From an uncultured Methanosarcinales archaeon (GTDB taxonomy: Archaea > Nanobdellota > Nanobdellia > Woesearchaeales > GW2011-AR4): a DNA stretch of 24,285 nucleotides. The stretch is from contig CAZUWB010000001.1 in the NCBI GenBank assembly GCA_964623945.1, positions 1 through 24,285 of the forward strand. The letters are read 5' to 3'. Made by a program: the position numbers and the translations under genes. The first letter of the stretch is position 1. Every line of letters begins with the position of its first letter. Below, one piece after another: positions 8,915 through 16,287 of this stretch. The notes below the pieces were generated by a model. That model saw only the letters and a list, made by a program, of their open reading frames with translations, did not search any database and was not told the DNA's origin.

Positions 8915-11245
8915 TTAAGCCTCCTCGTAAATGGCTTGCTTGATTTCCCTTAACGCTTGCATATACTTTTCCTTGCCACCAAAATAATTGATAATTTCAA
9001 TAGTAGTCCCGAATTCTCTTAATGGATTTACCTTAAGGATATTTAATGTCTCTATATCCCCAATTCCTTCATCTGCATATTTCTCAAGAAGAGCATCAAT
9101 AACTTTTCTAGCTTTATCTCCATATTTAGTAAAATAGTTCCTTTTCTTTACTTTATTAATTCTTTCCTTTCGAGTCAATGGTTTTTTATCATAAGCAACG
9201 TGACAAATTAAGTCAAATTCATCAAAATCTTTACCAACCTCTTGACTGAGTTCATGTAACAAAATTCCATGCTCTATCATTTCCTTTATTAGTGCTGACT
9301 TTTGGTCTGCTTTCTTCCATTTCTGAAGGAAGTTATCCAATGATTTAAACTCTTCATTAACAGTTTTCTTAGTATAGTCTTTCAAAGATTCTGTTACTAA
9401 TTTTCCATCTTTATCAAAAATTTGTACACGTTCATTCAATACACGCACCTCGACATCTTTTACGTGGTACTTTCTAGGTTGCTCAGGTGACTCATTTAAA
9501 AGATAAATCTGCTCTTGAACTGACTGATATGCTTTTTGAGCATCAATCACAGGAAGAACAATTGGCTCATCTGCACTAAAATCCTCTGCTTGAACAGGCT
9601 CTCCATCAAAGTCGGGGTCAGCGAAGAGATGTGTAACTTGTCTAAAATCCATTATGGTAAAGTAATATTTTCCATAATCTTCTCTTATACGTGTGCCTCT
9701 ACCAATAATTTGCTTGAACTCTGTCATCGATTGAATATTAGTATCCAAAGCAACGAGCTTACAAGTCTGGACATCGACACCAGTGTTGAGTAATTTAGAT
9801 GTTGTAGCAACTACAGGATATTTTGAACTTGGATCAATAAAGTTTTCCAATTCTTTCTTTCCAAAGTCGTCATCTCCTGTAATCCTTACAATATACTTTG
9901 AGCTTTTAGTATACATATCCTTATTTTCATTCCAGAGAGCCCTTCTCATTCGCTCTGCATGCTCAACATCTACACAAAATACTATTGTTTTATCATGTCG
10001 ATTTGTTTTCTTTATAAATTCACTTACTTTCTTTGCCACTATCTTAGTTCGTTCATCAATGACTAGACTTTTATCAAAATCTTTAGCATTATAGATTCTA
10101 TCCGGGACTTCATACCCGTATTTATCAATTTTGCCTTTCTCTGGTCTATAACCTTCTACATCCTTATCAATGGAGATTCTTATGACTTTATATGGAGCTA
10201 GGAAGCCATCTTGAATACCCTGTTTTAAAGAATAAGTGTATATTGGTTTTCCAAAATAATCGATATTTGAGATAGTAGCTGTTTCTCTGGGTGTAGCTGT
10301 TAAACCAATTTGCGTGGCTTTAGGAAAATACTCAAGAACTTCTCTCCATGCAGAATCAGCAGCTGCACTTCCTCTATGGCACTCATCAACAACAATAAGG
10401 TCAAAGAAATCTCTAGAGAATTGCTTATAGATATTCTTCCACTCTTCGTTACCTGTTACTGCCTGATAGAGTGCTAAATAAATCTCGTATGATGTATCAA
10501 CTTTTCTATCAGCAATCTTAGTCATCGCTCCTTTAAATATCTTAAAATCATTAATTCGTGCCTGAGTTAGTAGTATATTTCGGTCTGCTAGGAATAATAT
10601 TCTCTTTTTAGCCTTTGACTTCCAAAGTTTATATATGATTTGAGATGCTACATAAGTTTTTCCTGTACCTGTTGCCATTACAAGCAAAATCCTATCTTGT
10701 CCCTTAGCTATGGCTTCTACAGTCCTATTAATGGCAATCTCTTGGTAATACCGAGGCTTCTTAAGGCCTACATGATATTCCTCTGTGATGATTCTCTCCT
10801 GTTTTTCAGTAATTCCTTTCCACTTCTTATAACGCTGCCATAGGTCACTGGGCTTTGGAAACTTATTGAGCGGGTATTCTTTTTCGGCTTCTTGAGACAT
10901 ACCAGTCCTATCATGTTCTATAAAACCATCTCCATTAGAACTATAGATAAAAGGAATATCAAGGATTTCTCCATATTCTATCCCTTGCTGTAAGCCAGCA
11001 CCTATTGAATGGTTATTATCCTTAGCCTCAATTATCGCTATAGGTATGTTGGCTTTGTAATAAAGGACATAATCTGCTCTCTTTCTTTCCCCTCTTTCAA
11101 TTTTCTCACCTTTAACAATGATTCTACCATTGGTAAAGTAAACCTCCTGCCTAACCTGATTCTTAAGATGCCAGCCAGAGGTTACTATCGCTGGAGTGAT
11201 AAATTGGGTGCAAATATCTGCCTCTGATAGCGATTTCTTGTTCAT
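8915..11245 (-). CDS. hsdR: Type I RM restriction subunit (EcoAI/EcoEI-like)
   Basis: LSEADI N-terminus, nuclease ADY...IIEAK, MATGTGKT, VDECHRG, GLTATP, QIIGRGTR, EcoEI_R_C-like C-terminus. Confidence 0.97.
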   Translation of the reverse strand: MNKKSLSEADICTQFITPAIVTSGWHLKNQVRQEVYFTNGRIIVKGEKIERGERKRADYVLYYKANIPIAIIEAKDNNHSIGAGLQQGIEYGEILDIPFIYSSNGDGFIEHDRTGMSQEAEKEYPLNKFPKPSDLWQRYKKWKGITEKQERIITEEYHVGLKKPRYYQEIAINRTVEAIAKGQDRILLVMATGTGKTYVASQIIYKLWKSKAKKRILFLADRNILLTQARINDFKIFKGAMTKIADRKVDTSYEIYLALYQAVTGNEEWKNIYKQFSRDFFDLIVVDECHRGSAAADSAWREVLEYFPKATQIGLTATPRETATISNIDYFGKPIYTYSLKQGIQDGFLAPYKVIRISIDKDVEGYRPEKGKIDKYGYEVPDRIYNAKDFDKSLVIDERTKIVAKKVSEFIKKTNRHDKTIVFCVDVEHAERMRRALWNENKDMYTKSSKYIVRITGDDDFGKKELENFIDPSSKYPVVATTSKLLNTGVDVQTCKLVALDTNIQSMTEFKQIIGRGTRIREDYGKYYFTIMDFRQVTHLFADPDFDGEPVQAEDFSADEPIVLPVIDAQKAYQSVQEQIYLLNESPEQPRKYHVKDVEVRVLNERVQIFDKDGKLVTESLKDYTKKTVNEEFKSLDNFLQKWKKADQKSALIKEMIEHGILLHELSQEVGKDFDEFDLICHVAYDKKPLTRKERINKVKKRNYFTKYGDKARKVIDALLEKYADEGIGDIETLNILKVNPLREFGTTIEIINYFGGKEKYMQALREIKQAIYEEA

Positions 11246-11266
11246 GTTATATGTTGATGTTATATG
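11244..11266. repeat. Direct repeat ATGTTATATG x2 abutting the hsdR start
   Basis: ATGTTATATG at 11244-11253 and 11257-11266, with a 3-nt spacer. Confidence 0.5.
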
Positions 11267-11323
11267 CTGAAGAATATAGTATTTGTTTAATAAATATTGC
11301 TAAAATTATAGCAAAACCATATA

Positions 11324-12091
11324 TCAGTTATCATCTATAAAGAAAGATATAAAGCGCTTTCCTAATGGTGTCAAATAATCCTTTGTCATCTTATCATAAG
11401 CAGTTTGAGTTGTTAGCATACCGGGAAATGGAATCTCAGTTGAAGTAAAACCTTTATCCTTCAATTCTTTTGAAGCAAGCCTTACAAGCTCGATATCTAC
11501 ACCATCAAATACTTTTTTAAAGACTTCGCCCTCACCTCCTGATTGTGCTCGCAGACCATTAACGTCAATACCTTTCTCAGTTAGTATTTCTTTTGGGCTA
11601 TTGAAGTAAGAAAAAATTGCAAAGTGTAAGTCACTAAAACTTATTAAGCTATTAATGAAATATTCTACTTCAAAATTAGTTGGTTTCTTTCCGACTGCTA
11701 TGTTTACTAAGGCACTCCTAAAAGCCTCAACCTTTGGTTCATACTGCTCATGCTTAATTGGATCAAGAAATCTCTGAATATATGCCTCAAATTCCTCTTT
11801 TTTTAAGTATTCAGCATCAATTTTTGATTCTAGTTGCTTTAGTCTTTCAAATAAAAGCATCAAAAAATCTAATTGCTTTCTTTGTGATGCGCTTGTAACA
11901 AAATTCTCTTTGAGAAAACTAATTACATCTCCGGTAGCCTGAGCTTGTGGTGATAGTATTCCTAAACTGCTTAAAATATTAGTTGCTAGCGTTGTTAGAC
12001 CATTCAATACATCTGAAGCCTCTCTCCTTTCTATTAAATCCCTGACTTCTTTGCCATCCTTTTCAAGAATATCATCAGGTAGGTCTACCAT
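11324..12091 (-). CDS. Hypothetical helical protein, Abi-alpha/DUF4393-like (255 aa)
   Basis: Pattern K-x-EAFRSALVN...FINSLISFSDLHFAIF with a terminal LTPLGKRFISF winged-helix-like end, typical of Abi-alpha-like proteins. TTTATAAT box 22 nt before the ATG. Sits directly upstream of the RM genes. Confidence 0.45.
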   Translation of the reverse strand: MVDLPDDILEKDGKEVRDLIERREASDVLNGLTTLATNILSSLGILSPQAQATGDVISFLKENFVTSASQRKQLDFLMLLFERLKQLESKIDAEYLKKEEFEAYIQRFLDPIKHEQYEPKVEAFRSALVNIAVGKKPTNFEVEYFINSLISFSDLHFAIFSYFNSPKEILTEKGIDVNGLRAQSGGEGEVFKKVFDGVDIELVRLASKELKDKGFTSTEIPFPGMLTTQTAYDKMTKDYLTPLGKRFISFFIDDN

Positions 12092-12151
12092 TGAGGCTTG
12101 GAATATTTATAGTATTATAAAGATGTAGGTCTAAGCGGTAAAAATGCATCT

Positions 12152-12937
12152 TCAAGTCACCAAAAACTCAATCAATTTCTTACTCGCCTCAGCAATCACC
12201 TCCAAGTTTTCCATAATCTTCTTATAATCAGCATCATACAAGGCAAGATAGTTAAAGCTCTTGATTTCAAGGCCAAAGTGCTTGGAAACCACATAAGCAA
12301 CTCCTTCGGCCTGTATTTCCTTCTGCTGCCGGGAAGCCTTACTGTCCTTGCGGTGTATCAGCTCATGGCTAATCTCATGGAGCAGGGTATTAACCTGCGT
12401 ATTAACGCTTTGGCTAAGCCCTATTGCAATCCTACCGCCTAAGCTATAACCATAGAGGTTATTGATGCCAAGCTCTTCAAAATCAACCTCTATATCATGC
12501 CAATAGCAGAATTCAAGCAGCTTATGGAGGAGATCAAGGTGCTCTTCACCCTGAACCTCTATATCAATGTCAGGCAGCTCCTGGCCCTCTGTTTGAGATA
12601 CGTCAAAGACACTCACAGGATAGAACCTAATTACCTCTATTTCCTTATCCTGCTCCTCATCATACTGCTTGAAGGTAAAGGGGGCTAGAATCCTGATAGC
12701 CTTGCTGCCAGCCTTTATAGACCTTCCAAGGCCATTCCAGGTAACAAAGCCTGCTACCCTTGTAGCATCTTTCTTCTGGAAGTAGATAAGCAGCTGGTTG
12801 TGGTAGCTGTAATTCCAGAACCTTGACATGGTGTCCAAGTACTCCTTAAAGAACTCAGAAGCCCTAACTTTATCAGTTTCCTCAGCAAGCTCTTTTAGCC
12901 TGCTTTCTATCTCTTTTAAGAGCTGAGGGGTGTCCAT
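12152..12937 (-). CDS. ardC: ArdC-like anti-restriction protein: N-terminal ssDNA-binding domain plus HExxH metallopeptidase (MPTase) domain
   Basis: YS-x-x-NQLLI...A-x-x-VAGF-x-TW...GR-x-IKAGSKAIRILAP...VFDVSQT is the ArdC-N signature. LLHEISHELIH...E-x-x-AE is the zincin motif. GGGGGTG RBS. Confidence 0.85.
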   Translation of the reverse strand: MDTPQLLKEIESRLKELAEETDKVRASEFFKEYLDTMSRFWNYSYHNQLLIYFQKKDATRVAGFVTWNGLGRSIKAGSKAIRILAPFTFKQYDEEQDKEIEVIRFYPVSVFDVSQTEGQELPDIDIEVQGEEHLDLLHKLLEFCYWHDIEVDFEELGINNLYGYSLGGRIAIGLSQSVNTQVNTLLHEISHELIHRKDSKASRQQKEIQAEGVAYVVSKHFGLEIKSFNYLALYDADYKKIMENLEVIAEASKKLIEFLVT

Positions 12938-13042
12938 TTAGACCACCCCCATACTTTGCGGCAGATTACCGCAAAACTCGCAGAAGATGAGATTTAATGC
13001 TTCTTCTACTATATATTCACATATATGGTCTTTTCCTAACAT
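12938..13042 (-). CDS. Unannotated 34-aa Cys/His microprotein (putative Zn finger)
   Basis: MLGKDHICEYIVEEALNLIFCEFCGNLPQSMGVV*. Perfect GGAGGTG RBS 8 nt before the ATG. Its TAA directly abuts the ardC ATG. HxC...CxxCG motif. Confidence 0.7.
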   Translation of the reverse strand: MLGKDHICEYIVEEALNLIFCEFCGNLPQSMGVV

Positions 13043-13061
13043 TTTTTATGCACCTCCAGAT

Positions 13062-13171
13062 GCGATTTTCTTGAGGTGTCATACAACGGAGCAGCCATGA
13101 TGTTTTAGAGAAGCGACCTGTAAGGGAAAACACAATGAAGCTGTGAAGTGAGCCTCACAGGAGAAAATCGC
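13062..13171 (-). other. Long imperfect stem-loop in the leader of the microprotein-ardC transcript
   Basis: GCGATTTTCT (13062-71) is the exact reverse complement of AGAAAATCGC (13162-71). Nested pairs: TGAGG/CCTCA, CAGC/GCTG, CAT/ATG, TGTTTT/AAAACA. Confidence 0.65.
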
Positions 13172-13255
13172 TTATGGAGTGCTGGCAATGTTTGGAAAGG
13201 GGCATAGTGAATGAAGAAGGAGTGGTGCATGAATTTCTGTATGCAAGTAATTAGC

Positions 13256-13263
13256 TATAAAAA
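13256..13263. promoter_or_regulatory. Possible bidirectional TATA element (TATAAAAA / TTTTTATA)
   Basis: ATG at 13287 on + lies 23 nt downstream. ATG at 13230 on - lies 25 nt downstream. Confidence 0.4.
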
Positions 13264-13274
13264 GGGGTAAATCG

Positions 13275-13586
13275 ATGGATACCTTGATGGGTAAAAAGAT
13301 TAGTGTAAAGTTATCTGATGAGTTTTTTGATGCTGTAGCAATGATTTCTAAAGTTAAGAATCTTGAAGAAACTGAATTAGTGACAGAAGCTTTAATTGAA
13401 TCTATTAGGTATGAGAGAGAAGGAGCTATCAGAAAGTTAGAGAGGAAGTGGGCTATAGGCAAGATTGCAGAGCCCGAATTGCGCGCTATGATAGGAGATG
13501 AAGCTGCTGATTCTATAATTTATAAAAATAATGCAAGGCGGGCTTTGATAAAGGATATGGAGCTACTCAGGTTTGATGTTAATTAA
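13275..13586 (+). CDS. Ribbon-helix-helix (CopG/Arc-like) transcriptional regulator with a helical C-terminal extension; true start may be the ATG at 13287
   Basis: KKISVKLSDEFFDAV...KNLEETELVTEAL fits the beta-strand/helix/helix RHH pattern. Confidence 0.65.
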   Translation: MDTLMGKKISVKLSDEFFDAVAMISKVKNLEETELVTEALIESIRYEREGAIRKLERKWAIGKIAEPELRAMIGDEAADSIIYKNNARRALIKDMELLRFDVN

Positions 13587-13664
13587 GAGAAGTACTTTTA
13601 ATTCTGTTTAGTCCATCAATTAAAACAAAAGATTTATATTTAAAGGAGATAGGTCTTTTAAAGA

Positions 13665-13955
13665 ATGGAAACACAGAAAGATGCAATGGAATTGGCTACA
13701 TATTTAAAAGGTTATTACGATGATAATAACTTCTTACCTTCAGAGCAAACAATTAGAGAGGAAACTAAATGGCCTGGTGGTAAAATAAGAGGTTCGTTAA
13801 GATATCTTCAAAAGCGGAAGATTCTAGAAGTTGAGTTTAAAGGCACTAATTTTGTTATAAAGACTGCACCAGATAGAGCTAAATTTAAAAGAAGTTTTAA
13901 GCATGAGGTTAATTTAGGCATCTATAAATATAGTTGGGGAGCAGAAGAAAGATAG
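13665..13955 (+). CDS. Small winged-helix protein resembling the LexA DNA-binding domain (96 aa)
   Basis: YY..NNFLPSEQTIREE...KIRGSLRYLQKRKILEV resembles the LexA N-terminal PS-x-RE wHTH. No peptidase domain. TTTATATT box 24 nt before the ATG. Confidence 0.5.
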   Translation: METQKDAMELATYLKGYYDDNNFLPSEQTIREETKWPGGKIRGSLRYLQKRKILEVEFKGTNFVIKTAPDRAKFKRSFKHEVNLGIYKYSWGAEER

Positions 13956-13991
13956 ACCTCAAAATTAGAGTATTTCTTTTTCATTTCAAAA

Positions 13992-14342
13992 TCACTTTCC
14001 ACTCTTTTTACTGAATTCAAATCCCATTTTCCCGAACTTAAGGCCTCCACTATAAGTAATCGGATGCTCTTTCTCGTAATTAGAATGAGCCTGCTCTAAT
14101 GCTTCTTTATATTTCCTTGTTAATTCTAAAGTTTCTGATACTGGAATGGCATGATTAAGTATAGAATAATTATATACTTCAGCATCAAATTGGAGCGCAA
14201 GCAGCTCTCCTTCACTTCTTTTTATAGAAGAATTTTTAGTCTTTTCTATATCTCTTAACTTCTTTTTGATAAACTCTTCTTTCTCCATTTTAGATGCTTG
14301 CTCTGCTCTTAAATAATCTTCTGGCTTAAACTCCATTTTCAT
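13992..14342 (-). CDS. Hypothetical protein (116 aa)
   Basis: Open frame with normal composition; TTTAAAAT box 18 nt before the ATG; no recognisable motif. Confidence 0.6.
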   Translation of the reverse strand: MKMEFKPEDYLRAEQASKMEKEEFIKKKLRDIEKTKNSSIKRSEGELLALQFDAEVYNYSILNHAIPVSETLELTRKYKEALEQAHSNYEKEHPITYSGGLKFGKMGFEFSKKSGK

Positions 14343-14391
14343 TTAGTTATCATCTTTACTATTTTAAAGTTTCTGAGAAAACCTTAGGAAT

Positions 14392-14730
14392 TTATTTAAG
14401 AGTATCAAGCTTTGCCTGTTTCTCATCTAGTTTATCCAGCTCTTTTAACCTTGTGCATATCACTATCCTAAACTTAGGGATTCCCTCAGCTGCAACCATT
14501 TCTCCAGTTTTAAGCTGCTCGGCTAAAGCAAACCTTTCTCTGTGAGTTTTTATCACAGTATAGCTTTGCTTCTGGCCATCTTTTTCAATCTTAAGCGTTA
14601 TATTGCCATTCTTAGTAATTGTCTTGCCTACTATTTTCCCTTTAGTCCTCATTCTTCTCTTGAAGATCTTAGCAATCTTCTCTTTCTTTGCAAGGACTTT
14701 CAAGGTGTCAATGAGCCTTGTGTCTATCAT
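14392..14730 (-). CDS. Small OB-fold nucleic-acid-binding protein (112 aa; start corrected to MIDTRL)
   Basis: TKGKIVGKTITKNGNITLKIEK...LAEQLKTGEMVAAEG fits the OB-fold strand pattern (G-x-V...l..GD-x-V-x-v-x-G). The ATG at 14730 lies 1 nt after the HEPN TAA. Confidence 0.55.
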   Translation of the reverse strand: MIDTRLIDTLKVLAKKEKIAKIFKRRMRTKGKIVGKTITKNGNITLKIEKDGQKQSYTVIKTHRERFALAEQLKTGEMVAAEGIPKFRIVICTRLKELDKLDEKQAKLDTLK

Positions 14731-14731
14731 G

Positions 14732-15232
14732 TTATTGTATAATTTCCTTCGTTTTTGCAATTACTTCCTTAGCTTGCTTTAATAATTGCTCATATAGATT
14801 ATCCTTCATGGATAGTTCTACACCATATTGAAAGCGCTCCCTTATACTGGTTGTAGTTTCATTGCTACCATCATTTAAAGATGTAATCTTATTTAATAGA
14901 GCATGATCAAACTCAATTTTTCCATTCTCAATTAAACTATAGATTACAGAGAAAGTGCAATCCTGATTTCTTGATTCGTAGCCATACCTGACTGCAATAG
15001 CCAGCATACAATGGTACATGGAATAGAAGATAGTGCTAGCGCTAATATCAGAATAATTGCCCTCCTTAAGATATTCAGTTGCCTTTAGATAATGCTCTGC
15101 CTTTGTTACATGCTCGGCAGCAAGCTTCTTATTTGGTTTAACCTTGACTAAGCCTTTATGTATTCCTCTTTCTTTCATCTCTTTTTCTGCTTTCTTTAAG
15201 CACCATTCCATCTTATTTTTTGCGTGTGTCAT
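14732..15232 (-). CDS. HEPN-domain protein (UPF0332-like; putative toxin)
   Basis: FYSMYH...G-x-ESRNQ-x-C...RERFQYG; ATGA overlap with the upstream nucleotidyltransferase gene. Confidence 0.85.
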   Translation of the reverse strand: MTHAKNKMEWCLKKAEKEMKERGIHKGLVKVKPNKKLAAEHVTKAEHYLKATEYLKEGNYSDISASTIFYSMYHCMLAIAVRYGYESRNQDCTFSVIYSLIENGKIEFDHALLNKITSLNDGSNETTTSIRERFQYGVELSMKDNLYEQLLKQAKEVIAKTKEIIQ

Positions 15233-15813
15233 TGTTTCATCATCTCAATTATGAGATCCTCCCCAAATGCGACTATTCCTTTTAAGGCGTTAAGTAACAC
15301 TTTATCTCCCTTATTGATATTTTTTATAAAATCTTCTTGGGATTGAAAAACTGGCTGAATTTTCTTTACATTCAAATTATTAATTTCTTCAATCTCTTTC
15401 TCGGCTCTTGAAAACCTTTTTTGGTCAGTTATTAAAACAGCATCTATATCCCTTGCTTCTTTATGCTTCCTTAAAACTGAACCAAAAAGAATAGCTGCAT
15501 CTGCATTCTTTATTTTCCTAATTTCTGAAATCCAAACCTTGACATAGGGATGGGCTTGCTCAGCCTCCCTTTTCAATAAGAATTTAACGTATTGCCTCAC
15601 ATAATCGCTGTCCAGATTAAGCTTGTAAAAGGTAGCATTTGCCAGCTGCTTTGGAATTACCATTTCCTCTTTCTCCAGCCTTTTAAGTATCTTGAATGCT
15701 CCCATTGCACTTAACCCTATTTCTTTTGCCAGGTTATAGGCATTGTAGTCTTTTTCCGGACTTTTGAATATGGTCAGCACCAGTTTCATCTCATTATCTG
15801 TTATTTCAGCCAT
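15229..15813 (-). CDS. Winged-HTH plus minimal nucleotidyltransferase (MNT) fusion; putative antitoxin/repressor
   Basis: N-terminal NAYNLAKEIGLS...KILKRLEKEEMV HTH; Pol-beta motif ILFGSVLR...DIDAVLI. Confidence 0.9.
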   Translation of the reverse strand: MAEITDNEMKLVLTIFKSPEKDYNAYNLAKEIGLSAMGAFKILKRLEKEEMVIPKQLANATFYKLNLDSDYVRQYVKFLLKREAEQAHPYVKVWISEIRKIKNADAAILFGSVLRKHKEARDIDAVLITDQKRFSRAEKEIEEINNLNVKKIQPVFQSQEDFIKNINKGDKVLLNALKGIVAFGEDLIIEMMKQ

Positions 15814-15814
15814 A

Positions 15815-15850
15815 TAAACTCACAGTTTAACTATTTAAACTTAAAGTTTA
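15815..15850. promoter_or_regulatory. Two palindromic operators TAAACT-N3-AGTTTA flanking and overlapping the TATA box of the MNT-HEPN operon
   Basis: TAAACTcacAGTTTA at 15815-15829 and TAAACTtaaAGTTTA at 15836-15850 (21-bp period); minus-strand TTTAAATA at 15839-15832. Confidence 0.75.
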
Positions 15851-15895
15851 TAAGCTTTTCTCTTTCTTCATAAAGAATTAATATAAGAAAGAAAC

Positions 15896-15920
15896 TAAGG
15901 CGTTTCGAAGAAACGCCTCA
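15896..15920 (-). terminator. Hairpin terminator closing the transfer operon
   Basis: AGGCGTTTC-ttc-GAAACGCCT is a perfect 9-bp stem (15898-15918), followed on the minus strand by TAGTTTCTTTCTT. Confidence 0.7.
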
Positions 15921-15930
15921 TCATCCTTTC

Positions 15931-16092
15931 CTATACCTTGTTTAATACCTTCTCCATATAGGTGACAGGCTTGATGTCTGTGATAGTGGTCTTATGCACT
16001 ACCCATTTTTTGTCCTCAGACATAGCCACGCTTGTCTCTATTATTGGCTGCCTGTTCAGCTGCTCTTTCTTTGCTTCTGTTAGTTCTTTCAT
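15931..16092 (-). CDS. Unannotated 53-aa protein
   Basis: MKELTEAKKEQLNRQPIIETSVAMSEDKKWVVHKTTITDIKPVTYMEKVLNKV*. Strong AGGAGGT RBS; followed by the terminator hairpin. Confidence 0.8.
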   Translation of the reverse strand: MKELTEAKKEQLNRQPIIETSVAMSEDKKWVVHKTTITDIKPVTYMEKVLNKV

Positions 16093-16159
16093 GGTTTTTA
16101 CCTCCTATTGTTTATCTGATTTAAGCCTAAATTGCGGTTGAATGGTATGCTTAGTATTA

Positions 16160-16279
16160 CGGAAATTTGCTCTTGTGAATTTCCGCTGCGGCAAAAAATC
16201 GCCCCTATTTCAAGCCCAACCCAAGTTTATTAGGGTTGGCTGCCTTATTATGAAGAAACAAGCTCAATTCAGCCTTATT
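16160..16279. repeat. Cluster of inverted and short direct repeats between virB4 and the 53-aa gene
   Basis: CGGAAATT/AATTTCCG (16160-67/16178-85); CCAACCC/GGGTTGG (16216-22/16233-39); GCCTTATT at 16242 and 16272. Confidence 0.55.
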
Positions 16280-16287
16280 TTTGCTTC

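Noticed and set aside
6327-11227. Plus-strand ORFs 6327..6551, 9536..9793, 9783..10094, 10640..10843 and 11009..11227
   Set aside because: Antisense shadows inside hsdS and hsdR
12497-14742. ORFs 12497..12688 (+), 13172..13462 (-) and 14542..14742 (+)
   Set aside because: Antisense to better-supported genes (ardC, RHH, OB-fold)
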